Shown here piece after piece: positions 12,990 through 21,993 of a DNA stretch of 64,000 nt. This DNA is from Thermodesulfobacteriota bacterium. GTDB lineage: Bacteria > Desulfobacterota > Binatia > Bin18. The notes beneath the pieces are model-generated. The model was given only the letters and a program-made list of their open reading frames with translations. It had not been told where the DNA came from and did not search any database. The translations under genes were made by a program, and so were the position numbers. How positions within the stretch are numbered: the stretch's first letter is position 1; each line of letters begins with the position of its first letter. The stretch covers positions 608,001 through 672,000 of the forward strand of contig OZ219926.1 in NCBI GenBank assembly GCA_964291405.2, in the 5' to 3' direction.

Positions 12990-13511
12990 TTAGTCTGCGT
13001 TCAGTTGGGACATGCGTTCATTGAGTAATCGGGCGAGTTGGCTCCCAGGAGCGGATAACGCCCCGACCAAGCGGGTAGCAGGTTGAGTGAGCGTCCCGAG
13101 CAATTGCGCGCGGAGGGCCTCGGCACTTGGCAGGGTCGCTAATTTCTCTATGCCCGCAGTCTCCAGGAATTGCCCCTCTGTGACTCCTCCCTTAATCGTG
13201 AACTTCTCGTTTTCAGAGGCATAGCGAGCAACAACCTTTGTGAGTCCAACGACATCACCATATCCAAGGACCAAGCCATTCTGGCCGGCAAGGAGTTCCT
13301 TCAAGGACAGGTACGGAGTACCATCAACGGCGAGCGCGACCAGCGTATTCTTTGCGACGCGATATTCTCCAGACACTTCACGCAGTTCGCGGCGTAGCAC
13401 ATTGAGCTCTTCGACTGCTAACCCTTTGTATTCGGTCACCACTGCCGCCGTCGCACTGGCAAATCGATTCTGCAAATCGATAACCGTTTCTTCCTTTTTT
13501 TGTCGGTCCAT
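12990..13511 (-). CDS. rplJ: 50S ribosomal protein L10
   Basis: YKGL...LRRELR...VAKNTL; position between rplA and rplL. Confidence 0.96.
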   Translation of the reverse strand: MDRQKKEETVIDLQNRFASATAAVVTEYKGLAVEELNVLRRELREVSGEYRVAKNTLVALAVDGTPYLSLKELLAGQNGLVLGYGDVVGLTKVVARYASENEKFTIKGGVTEGQFLETAGIEKLATLPSAEALRAQLLGTLTQPATRLVGALSAPGSQLARLLNERMSQLNAD

Positions 13512-13559
13512 TATTTCTCTTTCGTATCGCCACGAGGAATGGCGTCGCTCTTCCTCGCC

Positions 13560-14258
13560 TTAACGGAAGGAGCCAGTTGGGTCGACGCGGACTCCTGGCC
13601 CCATGCTGGTACTCACCGTAATACTCTTGAGATAGGTGCCTTTTGCCGAGGCAGGCTTCGCACGCACCAAGCTCTCAAGAAGAGACTGGGCATTATCAAC
13701 GAGCTGCGTTTTTTCAAAGGATGCTTTACCGATCGGCACATGCACATTGCCCGCTTTGTCAACCCGATATTCGACCTTGCCCCCTTTCAGGTCTTGAACC
13801 GCCTGGGCAATATCCGCGGTCACCGTCCCAACTTTCGGATTTGGCATGAGGCCTCGTGGTCCGAGAATTTTTCCGAGCCGCCCCACAACCCCCATCATAT
13901 CTGGGGTGGCAACAGCCTTATCAAACTCCAGCCATCCTTCATCACTGATGCGCTTTGCCAGGTCTTCACCGCCGACAACATCAGCACCCGCATCCTCTGC
14001 CTCTTGGGCCTTCTCCCCCTTGGCGAAAACAGCAACACACACGGATTTCCCAGTTCCGTGAGGAAGGAGCACTGTCCCCCGGATGTTTTGGTCAGCCTTC
14101 CTCGGGTCAACACCGAGTCGTACGGCAAGTTCGACACTCTCATCGAACTTGACGCGTTTCGTCTCGCTGGCAAGGACAAGCGCTTCCTCTAAGGGGTAGC
14201 GCTTGGTCCGGTCGACCTTCTCTTGGGCAGAACGATAGCTTTTGCTTTTTCGAGCCAT
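13560..14258 (-). CDS. rplA: 50S ribosomal protein L1
   Basis: [29 protein letters not shown]. Confidence 0.98.
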   Translation of the reverse strand: MARKSKSYRSAQEKVDRTKRYPLEEALVLASETKRVKFDESVELAVRLGVDPRKADQNIRGTVLLPHGTGKSVCVAVFAKGEKAQEAEDAGADVVGGEDLAKRISDEGWLEFDKAVATPDMMGVVGRLGKILGPRGLMPNPKVGTVTADIAQAVQDLKGGKVEYRVDKAGNVHVPIGKASFEKTQLVDNAQSLLESLVRAKPASAKGTYLKSITVSTSMGPGVRVDPTGSFR

Positions 14259-14259
14259 A

Positions 14260-14685
14260 TCAATTCACCACCTCAATTCCCATGCTGCGCGCCGTCCCGG
14301 CAATAATGCGCATTGCGCCCTCAAGGTCTTTCGCATTCAGGTCCGGCATCTTCGTCGTGGCAATCTCTTCAATCTGTTTTTGAGTTACGGAGCCCTTCAT
14401 CTCCCTCGCCGGTTCACTGGAAGCTTTTTCCAGTCCGGCAGCCTTTTTCAGGAGCGTAGAGGCAGGCGGCGTCTTGGTGATAAAGGAAAAAGAGCGGTCT
14501 ACATAAACGGTAATCACAACGGGAATCAGCAAACCTTGCTGGTCCTGCGTTTTCGCATTGAACGCTTTACAGAATTCCATGATATTGACCCCCCTTTGCC
14601 CAAGGGCAGGGCCAACGGGAGGGCTGGGGTTCGCTTGCCCAGCCGGAATCTGAAGCTTGATTGTTGTGTCTATTTTCTTTGCCAT
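14260..14685 (-). CDS. rplK: 50S ribosomal protein L11
   Basis: [19 protein letters not shown]. Confidence 0.98.
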   Translation of the reverse strand: MAKKIDTTIKLQIPAGQANPSPPVGPALGQRGVNIMEFCKAFNAKTQDQQGLLIPVVITVYVDRSFSFITKTPPASTLLKKAAGLEKASSEPAREMKGSVTQKQIEEIATTKMPDLNAKDLEGAMRIIAGTARSMGIEVVN

Positions 14686-14701
14686 CGATTCTCACCATTA
14701 C

Positions 14702-15241
14702 TTATGCTTTTTCAACCTGGACAAGATCAAGCTCAACCGGAGTGGCCCGGCCAAATATACTAATCAAGACGCGTAACTTCCCCTTATCCGGCTTCACTTC
14801 TTCAACAACGCCGGTAAAATCCTGAAAAGGGCCATCAACAACTTTCACGCCCTCTCCTGTCGCAAATGAGATTTTTGGCTTAGGCCGTATGGCCCCCTCT
14901 TCGACTTGCTGGTGAATCTCGGACACCTCGGCTTCTGACACTGCCGGAATAGTCTGAGGGTCGTTTGTTCCACCAACAAATCCGGTTACTTTGGGCGTTG
15001 ACCGGACAACATGCCAAGTCTCATCATTCATCTCCATCTGTACGAGGATGTAACCCGGAAAAAATTTTCGAGCCGATGTGCGCTTTTTACCTTTGACTAA
15101 CTCAACGACTTGCTCCTCTGGTACTAGCACGTCCCCGAACGCCTCCTGCTTCCCCAGAGTCCGAATACGTTCCTCTAAAGCGGCTTTCGCCTTTCGTTCG
15201 TACCCAGAATAGGTATGGACGATATACCATTGCTTGCCCAT
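14702..15241 (-). CDS. nusG: Transcription termination/antitermination factor NusG
   Basis: WYIVHTYSGYE, FFPGYILV, KOW motif VVDGPF; start trimmed to ATG 15241 behind GAGG SD. Confidence 0.96.
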   Translation of the reverse strand: MGKQWYIVHTYSGYERKAKAALEERIRTLGKQEAFGDVLVPEEQVVELVKGKKRTSARKFFPGYILVQMEMNDETWHVVRSTPKVTGFVGGTNDPQTIPAVSEAEVSEIHQQVEEGAIRPKPKISFATGEGVKVVDGPFQDFTGVVEEVKPDKGKLRVLISIFGRATPVELDLVQVEKA

Positions 15242-15267
15242 AACCTCAGGCCCCTTTATACCGATAG

Positions 15268-15462
15268 TTAATTTCCCAGGAACGAGCGAAACAGCCACGA
15301 CAGCACAGCATCGACCGAGAACAAGAACAATGCAACGATTGCAACAAGGAGGAGCACAACCAGCGTCGCCGAGCGAACCTCTTTGCGACTCGGCCAATGA
15401 ACCTTCTGGGTCTCTGCCCACGCCTCTTGGCAGTATGCCCGCGCTGTCTCAAACGCACCCAT
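15268..15462 (-). CDS. secE: Preprotein translocase subunit SecE
   Basis: ETQKVHWPSRKE plus one TM helix; between tRNA-Trp and nusG; start trimmed to ATG 15462. Confidence 0.93.
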   Translation of the reverse strand: MGAFETARAYCQEAWAETQKVHWPSRKEVRSATLVVLLLVAIVALFLFSVDAVLSWLFRSFLGN

Positions 15463-15511
15463 ATAGTACTGTCCTCGTCTCGCTAGAGGAAACGCACCTC
15501 CCCAAAGGGAA

Positions 15512-15586
15512 CGGGTCAGGCAGGACTCGAACCTGCAACCCCCGGATTTGGAGTCCGGTGCTCTATCCAATTCGAGCTACTGACCC
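15512..15586 (-). tRNA. tRNA-Trp (CCA)
   Basis: GGGTCAG acceptor, CCGGA-CTCCAAA-TCCGG anticodon arm, GGTTCGAGTCC T arm. Confidence 0.95.
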
Positions 15587-15593
15587 TCCTCTC

Positions 15594-15746
15594 TCACACC
15601 TTTACTTCTTTATGTGAGGTATGAGAGCGACAGATCGGGCAAAATTTCCGTCGAACAAGTTTATCGGGGGTGAGTTTCTTATTTTTGGTTGCGGTATAAT
15701 TTTTGTTTTTGCACCGCTCACAAGAAAGTCCAACAAGATCTCTCAT
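15594..15746 (-). CDS. rpmG: 50S ribosomal protein L33 (zinc-binding form)
   Basis: Manual translation MRDLVGLSCERCKNKNYTATKNKKLTPDKLVRRKFCPICRSHTSHKEVKV (50 aa, two CxxC); too short for the ORF track. Confidence 0.95.
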   Translation of the reverse strand: MRDLVGLSCERCKNKNYTATKNKKLTPDKLVRRKFCPICRSHTSHKEVKV

Positions 15747-15764
15747 AACGATTTCTCTCTTCTC

Positions 15765-16949
15765 TTACTCCAGAATTTTGGTGACGACCCCGGCCCCTAC
15801 CGTGCGGCCCCCCTCCCGAATCGCAAACCGTAACCCCTCATCCATCGCAATCGGCGTCAGTAACGCCACCGTCATCTGCGTGTTGTCCCCCGGCATCACC
15901 ATCTCCGTCCCCTCTTGTAACGTCACCGACCCCGTCACGTCCGTCGTCCGAAAATAAAACTGCGGCCGATACCCATTGAAAAACGGCGTGTGGCGCCCCC
16001 CCTCATCCTTCGTCAACACATACACCTCGGCCTCATACTTCGTGTGCGGCGTGATACTCCCCGGCTTGGCCAACACCTGCCCCCGCTCAATCTCCTCCCG
16101 CTTGATCCCCCGTAGTAAACACCCCACGTTGTCCCCCGCGACCCCTTCGTCTAAGAGCTTGCGGAACATCTCAACACCGGTCACCGTCGTCTTCTGCGTC
16201 TCCCGAATCCCGACGATCTCCACCTCTTCCCCCACTTTGATCCGCCCGCGCTCCACGCGCCCCGTCGCCACCGTCCCGCGTCCCGAAATCGTAAACACGT
16301 CTTCGACGGACATTAAAAACTCTTGGTCCACATCCCGCGCCGGCTCGGGAATAAAACTGTCCACCGCGGCCATCAACTCCAGTACTTGCGCCTCCCCGTC
16401 GGCCTCCCCTTCCAGTGCCCGCAACGCACTCCCCCGAATGATCGGTGTGTCATCACCCGGAAAGTCATACTTCGACAGCAACTCCCGCATCTCTAACTCG
16501 ACTAAGTCCAACAACTCCTCGTCATCCACCATGTCCACCTTGTTCATAAACACTACGATCGCGGGGACTCCCACTTGCCGGGCCAGTAAAATATGCTCCC
16601 GGGTCTGCGGCATCGGCCCGTCCGAGGCCGCCACCACCAATATCGCTCCGTCCATCTGCGCCGCCCCGGTGATCATGTTCTTGATATAGTCCGCATGCCC
16701 CGGACAATCCACGTGCGCATAGTGCCGCTGCTCGGTCTCATATTCCACGTGCGCCGTGTTGATCGTGATCCCCCGCTCCTTCTCCTCCGGCGCTTTGTCA
16801 ATCTCATCAAACGCCACCGCCTCGGCCATCGCCCGCTCGGCTAAGACCTTCGTGATCGCTGCCGTCAGCGTCGTCTTCCCATGGTCAATATGCCCAATCG
16901 TCCCCACATTCATGTGCGGCTTCGTCCGCTCAAACCGCTCCTTCGCCAT
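15765..16949 (-). CDS. tuf: Elongation factor Tu (copy 2)
   Basis: Protein identical to 1836..3020; downstream of the Thr-Tyr-Gly-Thr tRNA cluster (tufB-type context). Confidence 0.99.
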   Translation of the reverse strand: MAKERFERTKPHMNVGTIGHIDHGKTTLTAAITKVLAERAMAEAVAFDEIDKAPEEKERGITINTAHVEYETEQRHYAHVDCPGHADYIKNMITGAAQMDGAILVVAASDGPMPQTREHILLARQVGVPAIVVFMNKVDMVDDEELLDLVELEMRELLSKYDFPGDDTPIIRGSALRALEGEADGEAQVLELMAAVDSFIPEPARDVDQEFLMSVEDVFTISGRGTVATGRVERGRIKVGEEVEIVGIRETQKTTVTGVEMFRKLLDEGVAGDNVGCLLRGIKREEIERGQVLAKPGSITPHTKYEAEVYVLTKDEGGRHTPFFNGYRPQFYFRTTDVTGSVTLQEGTEMVMPGDNTQMTVALLTPIAMDEGLRFAIREGGRTVGAGVVTKILE

Positions 16950-16973
16950 CGCTCTCCCTTTCTGCGTAATGCG
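15766..16973. repeat. Direct repeat copy B (tuf plus 24 nt upstream), matching 1837..3044
   Basis: Same sequence as copy A by inspection. Confidence 0.93.
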
Positions 16974-17051
16974 CCCAACACTGAGAAACTTGTCCCAACC
17001 TTCCCAACAGTCAAGCTTTTAATAACTAGTTTCTTTTGTGAAAATGGGACA

Positions 17052-17124
17052 AGCCCAGGAGCGGGCTTGAACCGCCGACCTCGTCCTTACCAAGGACGTG
17101 CTCTACCGACTGAGCTACCTGGGC
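17052..17124 (-). tRNA. tRNA-Thr (GGT)
   Basis: GCCCAGGTAGCTCAG...CGTCC-TTGGTAA-GGACG...GGTTCAAGCC. Confidence 0.95.
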
Positions 17125-17234
17125 ATTAGAGTCAATTTTCTCACTTTGTCATAACCTATAGATAGAATGCGGTGTCTGTCCTACAAGATGCTAGAAACAT
17201 TATTAAGGAAATATTGTTCCCTCTTGCAAAATAT

Positions 17235-17311
17235 TGGAGCGGGAAACGGGACTCGAACCCGCGACCCCGAGCTTGGAAGGCTCGCGCTCTAGCCAACTGA
17301 GCTATTCCCGC
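17235..17311 (-). tRNA. tRNA-Gly (TCC)
   Basis: GCGGGAATAGCTCAG...CGAGC-CTTCCAA-GCTCG...TCCCGCTCCA with encoded CCA. Confidence 0.96.
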
Positions 17312-17334
17312 CCAAAGTCTTCCCTGTTTTAGAG

Positions 17335-17417
17335 TGGAGAGGGAAGGATTCGAACCTTCGAAGGCATATGCCGGCAGATTTACAGTCTGCTCCCTTTGGC
17401 CGCTCGGGCACCTCTCC
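17335..17417 (-). tRNA. tRNA-Tyr (GTA)
   Basis: GCAGA-CTGTAAA-TCTGC anticodon arm with long variable arm. Confidence 0.95.
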
Positions 17418-17443
17418 ATGAGCACGGTTTTCATCTCGACGAA

Positions 17444-17515
17444 AGCTGGCGATAGGAATTGAACCTACAACCTACTGATTACAAATCAGTTGCTCTACCG
17501 TTGAGCTACGCCAGC
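17444..17515 (-). tRNA. tRNA-Thr (TGT)
   Basis: GCTGGCGTAGCTCAA...ACTGA-TTTGTAA-TCAGT...GGTTCAATTCC. Confidence 0.95.
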
Positions 17516-17535
17516 GTGACCGAGTATGATTTCCC

Positions 17536-17561
17536 GTAGCTCAATAATGTAGCTCAATAAT
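17536..17561. repeat. Perfect 13-bp tandem duplication GTAGCTCAATAAT x2
   Basis: Read directly: 17536-17548 and 17549-17561. Confidence 0.9.
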
Positions 17562-17619
17562 TATGTGGATTTCAGGGCCTTTTCAAACGAAACCTTGTTA
17601 TATCTCAGACGAGCAGCCC

Positions 17620-17648
17620 ATCCTACCCTAGCTCATTCCGGCAGTCAA
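17620..17648 (-). promoter_or_regulatory. Putative sigma70 promoter of the tRNA-tuf operon
   Basis: TTGACT-N17-TAGGAT followed by GC-rich discriminator GGGCTGC and AT-rich upstream DNA. Confidence 0.65.
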
Positions 17649-17777
17649 TAGCAATGAAATTTCTTAAGCTCTTTCCTCTTCGAAAAGAAAATTCCCTTCA
17701 ATTTCTATATCTTACGGATAACTAGCAAAAAAACAACCTGGCGGCAAGTAAGGACGCTCCCATGAGACTTTCTAGTA

Positions 17778-18530
17778 TTACGACGTACGAATCTGACGGA
17801 GCCGTTCATAGAGTACGACGGCACCGGCGACAGAAACATTCAGAGAGGAAATCTGCCCTTCCATCGGTATTGATACTAAGTAATCACAGGTATTCTGGAC
17901 GAGCGGGCGAATTCCTTTACCTTCGCCACCTAGGACGAGAGCGACTTTTCCATGCATATCGAGATCATACACGGTGGCGGTTGCCTGCGGATTGAGTCCG
18001 ACAAGCCAGAAATTTGCTTGTTTTAAGGCCATGAGGGCATGCTGCAAATTGCCAACTCGACATATAGGAAGATATGCTGTTGCCCCAGCGGCGGCTTTTT
18101 CAACACTTGCCGAGAGTTGCGCAGAACGTCGTTTCGTTAATATCACGCCTCCAACCTGCGCTGACTCCGCTGTTCTGAGCAGTGCTCCAAGATTCCGGGG
18201 GTCCACTATCTCATCGAGTACCAGAATACAGTCTACTGGGCTCTGTGTCAGCTCAGTTAGGGTAGCATACTGAAACGGATGCATCTGAGCGGCGACTCCT
18301 TGGTGATTTCCCTCGTGCGTGAAGGCATCAAGGAAAGCTGTGGATTGGTATTGAATGGGTATGTGAAGCTGTCGAGCATGTTGAATGATGCTCTCCGTTT
18401 TTTTCAATCGGAGAGCATAAATGGTCTCAATGGTTTCTGGCTGTGTCCGGAGGTACTCGTTGAGAGGGCGGAGTCCATATATGACACGCGATTTACAGTG
18501 CAACGTATTTCTTCTAGGATTTCGTCTCAT
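17778..18530 (-). CDS. rlmB: 23S rRNA (Gm2251) 2'-O-methyltransferase, SPOUT family
   Basis: NHQGV, DPRNLGALLR, LGGEGKG, IPMEG..SLNVSVA; start uncertain (ATG 18530 or TTG 18503). Confidence 0.92.
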   Translation of the reverse strand: MRRNPRRNTLHCKSRVIYGLRPLNEYLRTQPETIETIYALRLKKTESIIQHARQLHIPIQYQSTAFLDAFTHEGNHQGVAAQMHPFQYATLTELTQSPVDCILVLDEIVDPRNLGALLRTAESAQVGGVILTKRRSAQLSASVEKAAAGATAYLPICRVGNLQHALMALKQANFWLVGLNPQATATVYDLDMHGKVALVLGGEGKGIRPLVQNTCDYLVSIPMEGQISSLNVSVAGAVVLYERLRQIRTS

Positions 18531-19707
18531 GGGCAAAATTCTGACACGCTATATCTTCCTCGAAATTGCTCTGCCCTTCTGTCTCAGCTTGCTCATCTTT
18601 ACCTGCATTTTGTTCACGGCGCGTATCCTGGAACTCATTGATTTGGTCATCAGTCGGGGCGTATCAATCCTGCATATCAGTAAAATGCTGTTTTTCGTCC
18701 TTCCTTCTTTTCTCGAAGTGACGGTGCCGATGGCCTTCCTCCTTGCCATTCTGTGGGGATTTGGCCGACTCTCGACAGATAGAGAAATCATTGCGCTGAA
18801 AAGTTGTGGTATGAGTCTTTCTCAAATGGCCGTACCGCTTTCTCTGCTGGCAGTGGTCCTTTTAGGGATCTCTTTTTTCCTCACGCTCTCTGTCCGTCCG
18901 TGGAGTAACGCTGGACTCGATCGTGTGTTCTATGATGTTTCGAAAACACGGGCAACTGCGGGCTTAAGAGAGAAGACGTTCAATAGTGAATTTTCAGGTC
19001 TAGTTATCTATGCGGAAGAAATTGAACCACCAGGGACGGTCCTCAAGGGGATCATGATCGCTGATAGTCGGACTCCACATAGAAAAGATACCATTTTTGC
19101 TCACAATGGCCTCATTGTTCCGAGTGCTAAAGGAAATCTATTGACCCTCCGCTTAAACAAGGGGACTGTGCATAGCATGCAACAGGCAGAAAAGGGTCAT
19201 CAAACCACCCATTTCTCTGTCTATGATGTTACGTTGGATACTGCTGCACTGCTCGCTCACGTGAGCGAGCCGAACCATAGCCCCAAAGATATGACTATAG
19301 CGGAACTCCTCCACCGTTTGTCTCAGAGTCAAGAGGCGTCTTCACAACATAATAAAGCGCTTGTTGAATTCCATCGCCGCCTTGCCCTGCCGTTTGCATG
19401 TGTGGTCTTTAGTCTGATCGCTCTTCCCCTGAGTGTGCGAACGACTTGGGCCTTTCGGTCGGTCGGATTTGGTATAAGCCTCGGCATTATCCTGCTCTAC
19501 TATCTGCTGCTTACTGCCGGGGAGACGTTTGGAGAAAGGGGAGTGCTCTCTCCTGCTATTGCCCTGTGGATACCGAATGTCGTCTTAGGCGGTCTCGGTG
19601 TCTATCTCTTCTCTCGGGTGACGCAAGAAAAACCCCTTTTCCCTCTCCTGGCTTGGTTGTCACAGTGTTTTTCCAAGCGCCCATTGTCCTCTTTTGTCGT
19701 CCAATGA
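18529..19707 (+). CDS. lptF: LPS export ABC transporter permease LptF
   Basis: ILTRYIFLE start, GRLSTDREIIALKSCG, 3+3 TM layout, W-x-PN; ATG 18529 behind AGGA. Confidence 0.88.
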   Translation: MGKILTRYIFLEIALPFCLSLLIFTCILFTARILELIDLVISRGVSILHISKMLFFVLPSFLEVTVPMAFLLAILWGFGRLSTDREIIALKSCGMSLSQMAVPLSLLAVVLLGISFFLTLSVRPWSNAGLDRVFYDVSKTRATAGLREKTFNSEFSGLVIYAEEIEPPGTVLKGIMIADSRTPHRKDTIFAHNGLIVPSAKGNLLTLRLNKGTVHSMQQAEKGHQTTHFSVYDVTLDTAALLAHVSEPNHSPKDMTIAELLHRLSQSQEASSQHNKALVEFHRRLALPFACVVFSLIALPLSVRTTWAFRSVGFGISLGIILLYYLLLTAGETFGERGVLSPAIALWIPNVVLGGLGVYLFSRVTQEKPLFPLLAWLSQCFSKRPLSSFVVQ

Positions 19708-20816
19708 TTCCGATACGGGTTATGGATCAAACGGGCCTTCCTTTTCCTTCTCGACTCATCACAGTCTATCTGTGCAAAGAATTTATTCGTCTCTTTTTAC
19801 TCTGCCTTCTTCTCTTTCTCGGACTCTCACTACTGGTTGATTTCTTTGATCGCTTTAGTAGTTTCGTGAAATACAAAGCCCCCCTCTCCGCTGTAGGCAG
19901 CTATTTTCTTTTTAAATTACCCCTCTTTGTCACCCAGGCTGTCCCTGCCGCGGCACTCGCCGGGTCGCTGCTGAGCCTCGGAATGCTCTCCCGCCATAAG
20001 GAGCTCCAGGCACTCAAAGCCTGTGGTGTGAGCGCCTGGCAGATGGCCGTTCCCCTCCTCGTATCTGCCAGTGTATTAAGTCTTGGTGGATGGGTGTGGA
20101 ATGAGAATGTCGTTCCGTACGCCTTTCACAAGTCCCGATATATCAATACCGTGGAGATTAAAGGCAAGGCTTTTAAAGGTCTCTTTCAGACGCGAGGGTT
20201 CTGGTACCATGGAGCAAACAGCTTCTACCATATCGACCACTTTGATTCACGCCGGAATGTCCTTTCCGGCCTCACTATTTATACCCTCAGTGAGAATTTT
20301 CAGGTGCAGTTTTTAACGAAGATTACTCAAGCCTCTTGGCGAGACGGAAGATGGTATTTTGAAGGAGTCCAGGAGAGCATGCGGGAGCGAGGAGACACGC
20401 AGCATTCGCTCCCGCCATCTCTTCTACTCAAGGAAACACCAGAAGACTTCTCCCTTGTTGCTATGAAATCCGAAGAGTTTTCATCACAGGCGCTCAGGGC
20501 TTATATCGCAGATCTCCAACAAAAGGGCCTCGATACGACAGAATATCAAGTGGACCTCAAACTCAAGGGTGCAATCCCTTTTGCGGCATTCGTTATGACA
20601 CTGTTAGGGGCAGCACTTGCGATACCGGGCGCGAAGCAACTTACCGTGCCAACAGCACTCGCTGCGGCTCTGCTTGTTGGGTTTGGCTACTGGGTCTTTC
20701 TCGCCCTCACCGTTTCTCTCGGTAACGGCGGGCTCCTTCCCCCGACCCTCTCCGCTTGGCTCGCAAATGGGACGCTTAGCTTGGTTGGTATTTATTTCCT
20801 TCTCGGCATCGACTAG
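19704..20816 (+). CDS. lptG: LPS export ABC transporter permease LptG
   Basis: LptF/G paralog (ELQALKACGVS, LPPTLSAWLAN); ATGA overlap with lptF stop. Confidence 0.88.
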   Translation: MIPIRVMDQTGLPFPSRLITVYLCKEFIRLFLLCLLLFLGLSLLVDFFDRFSSFVKYKAPLSAVGSYFLFKLPLFVTQAVPAAALAGSLLSLGMLSRHKELQALKACGVSAWQMAVPLLVSASVLSLGGWVWNENVVPYAFHKSRYINTVEIKGKAFKGLFQTRGFWYHGANSFYHIDHFDSRRNVLSGLTIYTLSENFQVQFLTKITQASWRDGRWYFEGVQESMRERGDTQHSLPPSLLLKETPEDFSLVAMKSEEFSSQALRAYIADLQQKGLDTTEYQVDLKLKGAIPFAAFVMTLLGAALAIPGAKQLTVPTALAAALLVGFGYWVFLALTVSLGNGGLLPPTLSAWLANGTLSLVGIYFLLGID

Positions 20817-20831
20817 TTGGCCTATAAAATC

Positions 20832-21230
20832 TTACCGCTTTGAATACTGAGGGCGCTTCCGCGCTTTGTGCCTGCCATACTTCTTGCGCTCAACTTCTCG
20901 TGAGTCGCGAGTAATAAATCCTTCTTTTTTCAGGGGGGTCCGAAAGTCTGGGTTGGCTTTGAGAAGAGCACGGGTAATCCCATGACGAATAGCAGCAGCT
21001 TGGGCAGAGTTTCCGCCCCCTTGGACGTTGGCCTTGACATCGTATTGGTCTTCCGTTTGCGTCACAATGAGTGGCTGTCGCGCAATCATCCGGATTGCTT
21101 CACGGCCAAAATATTCGTCAAGGGCTTTTTTGTTGACGGTATACCGCCCTTCCCCAGGAAGCAGGCGAACTCTGGCAATCGCTGTTTTTCGTTTTCCAGT
21201 TCCCCAACATTCTGATTGATTCTCAGCCAT
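20832..21230 (-). CDS. rpsI: 30S ribosomal protein S9
   Basis: [23 protein letters not shown]. Confidence 0.98.
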   Translation of the reverse strand: MAENQSECWGTGKRKTAIARVRLLPGEGRYTVNKKALDEYFGREAIRMIARQPLIVTQTEDQYDVKANVQGGGNSAQAAAIRHGITRALLKANPDFRTPLKKEGFITRDSREVERKKYGRHKARKRPQYSKR

Positions 21231-21269
21231 ACAAAGCGCCTTCCTTCTCTCTTTCTCAGCCCCTACTCT

Positions 21270-21704
21270 TTATCGAGCGATGGGCATCTGAGCGGCGTGA
21301 GGGTGGGATGCGTCAGGATAGATTTTTAGTTTCTTTACCAACTTGCGTCCAAGAGCATTCTTCGGCAACATCCCAGCTACCGCCTTTTTCAGGATGTATT
21401 CAGGGGACGACTTGATCAGCTGTTCCGCAGACCGCTGTCGTATACCGCCCGGGTATCCCGTATGCCGGTAGTATTGTTTATCCTGGAGCTTCTTTCCCGT
21501 CAGTCTGACATGACGTGCATTAATAACGACAATAAAGTCTCCAGTGTCAGTATGAGGAGAAAAGGCTGGATTTCCCTTCCCTCGTAAGGCGCTCGCGATG
21601 TTACTTGCAAGACGCCCGACGACTTGGTCTTTCGCGTCGACCAGATACCAAGGGCGTGCGGGGAGCGCTTGTTCCTGGGGTAATGTTTGCGTTTCTTTCT
21701 TCAT
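21270..21704 (-). CDS. rplM: 50S ribosomal protein L13
   Basis: WYLVDA..VVGRLAS, YYRHTGYPGG, HPHAAQ. Confidence 0.98.
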   Translation of the reverse strand: MKKETQTLPQEQALPARPWYLVDAKDQVVGRLASNIASALRGKGNPAFSPHTDTGDFIVVINARHVRLTGKKLQDKQYYRHTGYPGGIRQRSAEQLIKSSPEYILKKAVAGMLPKNALGRKLVKKLKIYPDASHPHAAQMPIAR

Positions 21705-21738
21705 GGATCACAGCACCTTCATCGACAGGTATGAGGGA

Positions 21739-21816
21739 TGGCGGGGCCGACGAGACTCGAACTCGCGACCTCCGGCGTGACAGGCCGGCGTTCTAAACCA
21801 GCTGAACTACGACCCC
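21739..21816 (-). tRNA. tRNA-Asp (GTC)
   Basis: CCGGC-CTGTCAC-GCCGG anticodon arm; encoded CCA. Confidence 0.96.
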
Positions 21817-21822
21817 ACCATA

Positions 21823-21894
21823 TGGGCGGTATCCGATTTGAACGGATGGCCCTCGGCTTGTAAGGCCGATGCTCTTCCTCTGAGCTAACCGCCC
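21823..21894 (-). tRNA. tRNA-Val (TAC)
   Basis: GGGCGGT acceptor, TCGGC-CTTACAA-GCCGA, ATCCG-TTCAAAT-CGGAT. Confidence 0.92.
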
Positions 21895-21950
21895 TACATG
21901 CAAGGACGAAAGAGGCTAGCGAGCGCACCTTACCCTAAACGAGGCTCTGA

Positions 21951-21979
21951 GCTCTACCACTGCTCCCTTTCCTAGTCAA
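21951..21979 (-). promoter_or_regulatory. Possible promoter for tRNA-Val/Asp-rplM-rpsI
   Basis: TTGACT-N17-TAGAGC with TG extension; -10 imperfect. Confidence 0.4.
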
Positions 21980-21993
21980 TCCCCTCATGTTTC

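Noticed and set aside
14702-15570. Long N-terminal extensions of nusG and secE in the ORF track
   Set aside because: They run through secE and tRNA-Trp; SD-supported downstream ATGs give normal lengths
17052-21230. AT-richer tRNA-rlmB-lptFG stretch as a genomic island
   Set aside because: Only housekeeping genes; no integrase or att-like tRNA 3' duplication
21823-21894. tRNA-Val with unusual-looking T stem as a pseudo-tRNA
   Set aside because: All stems pair fully and the conserved G53-TTC-A58-C61 pattern is intact
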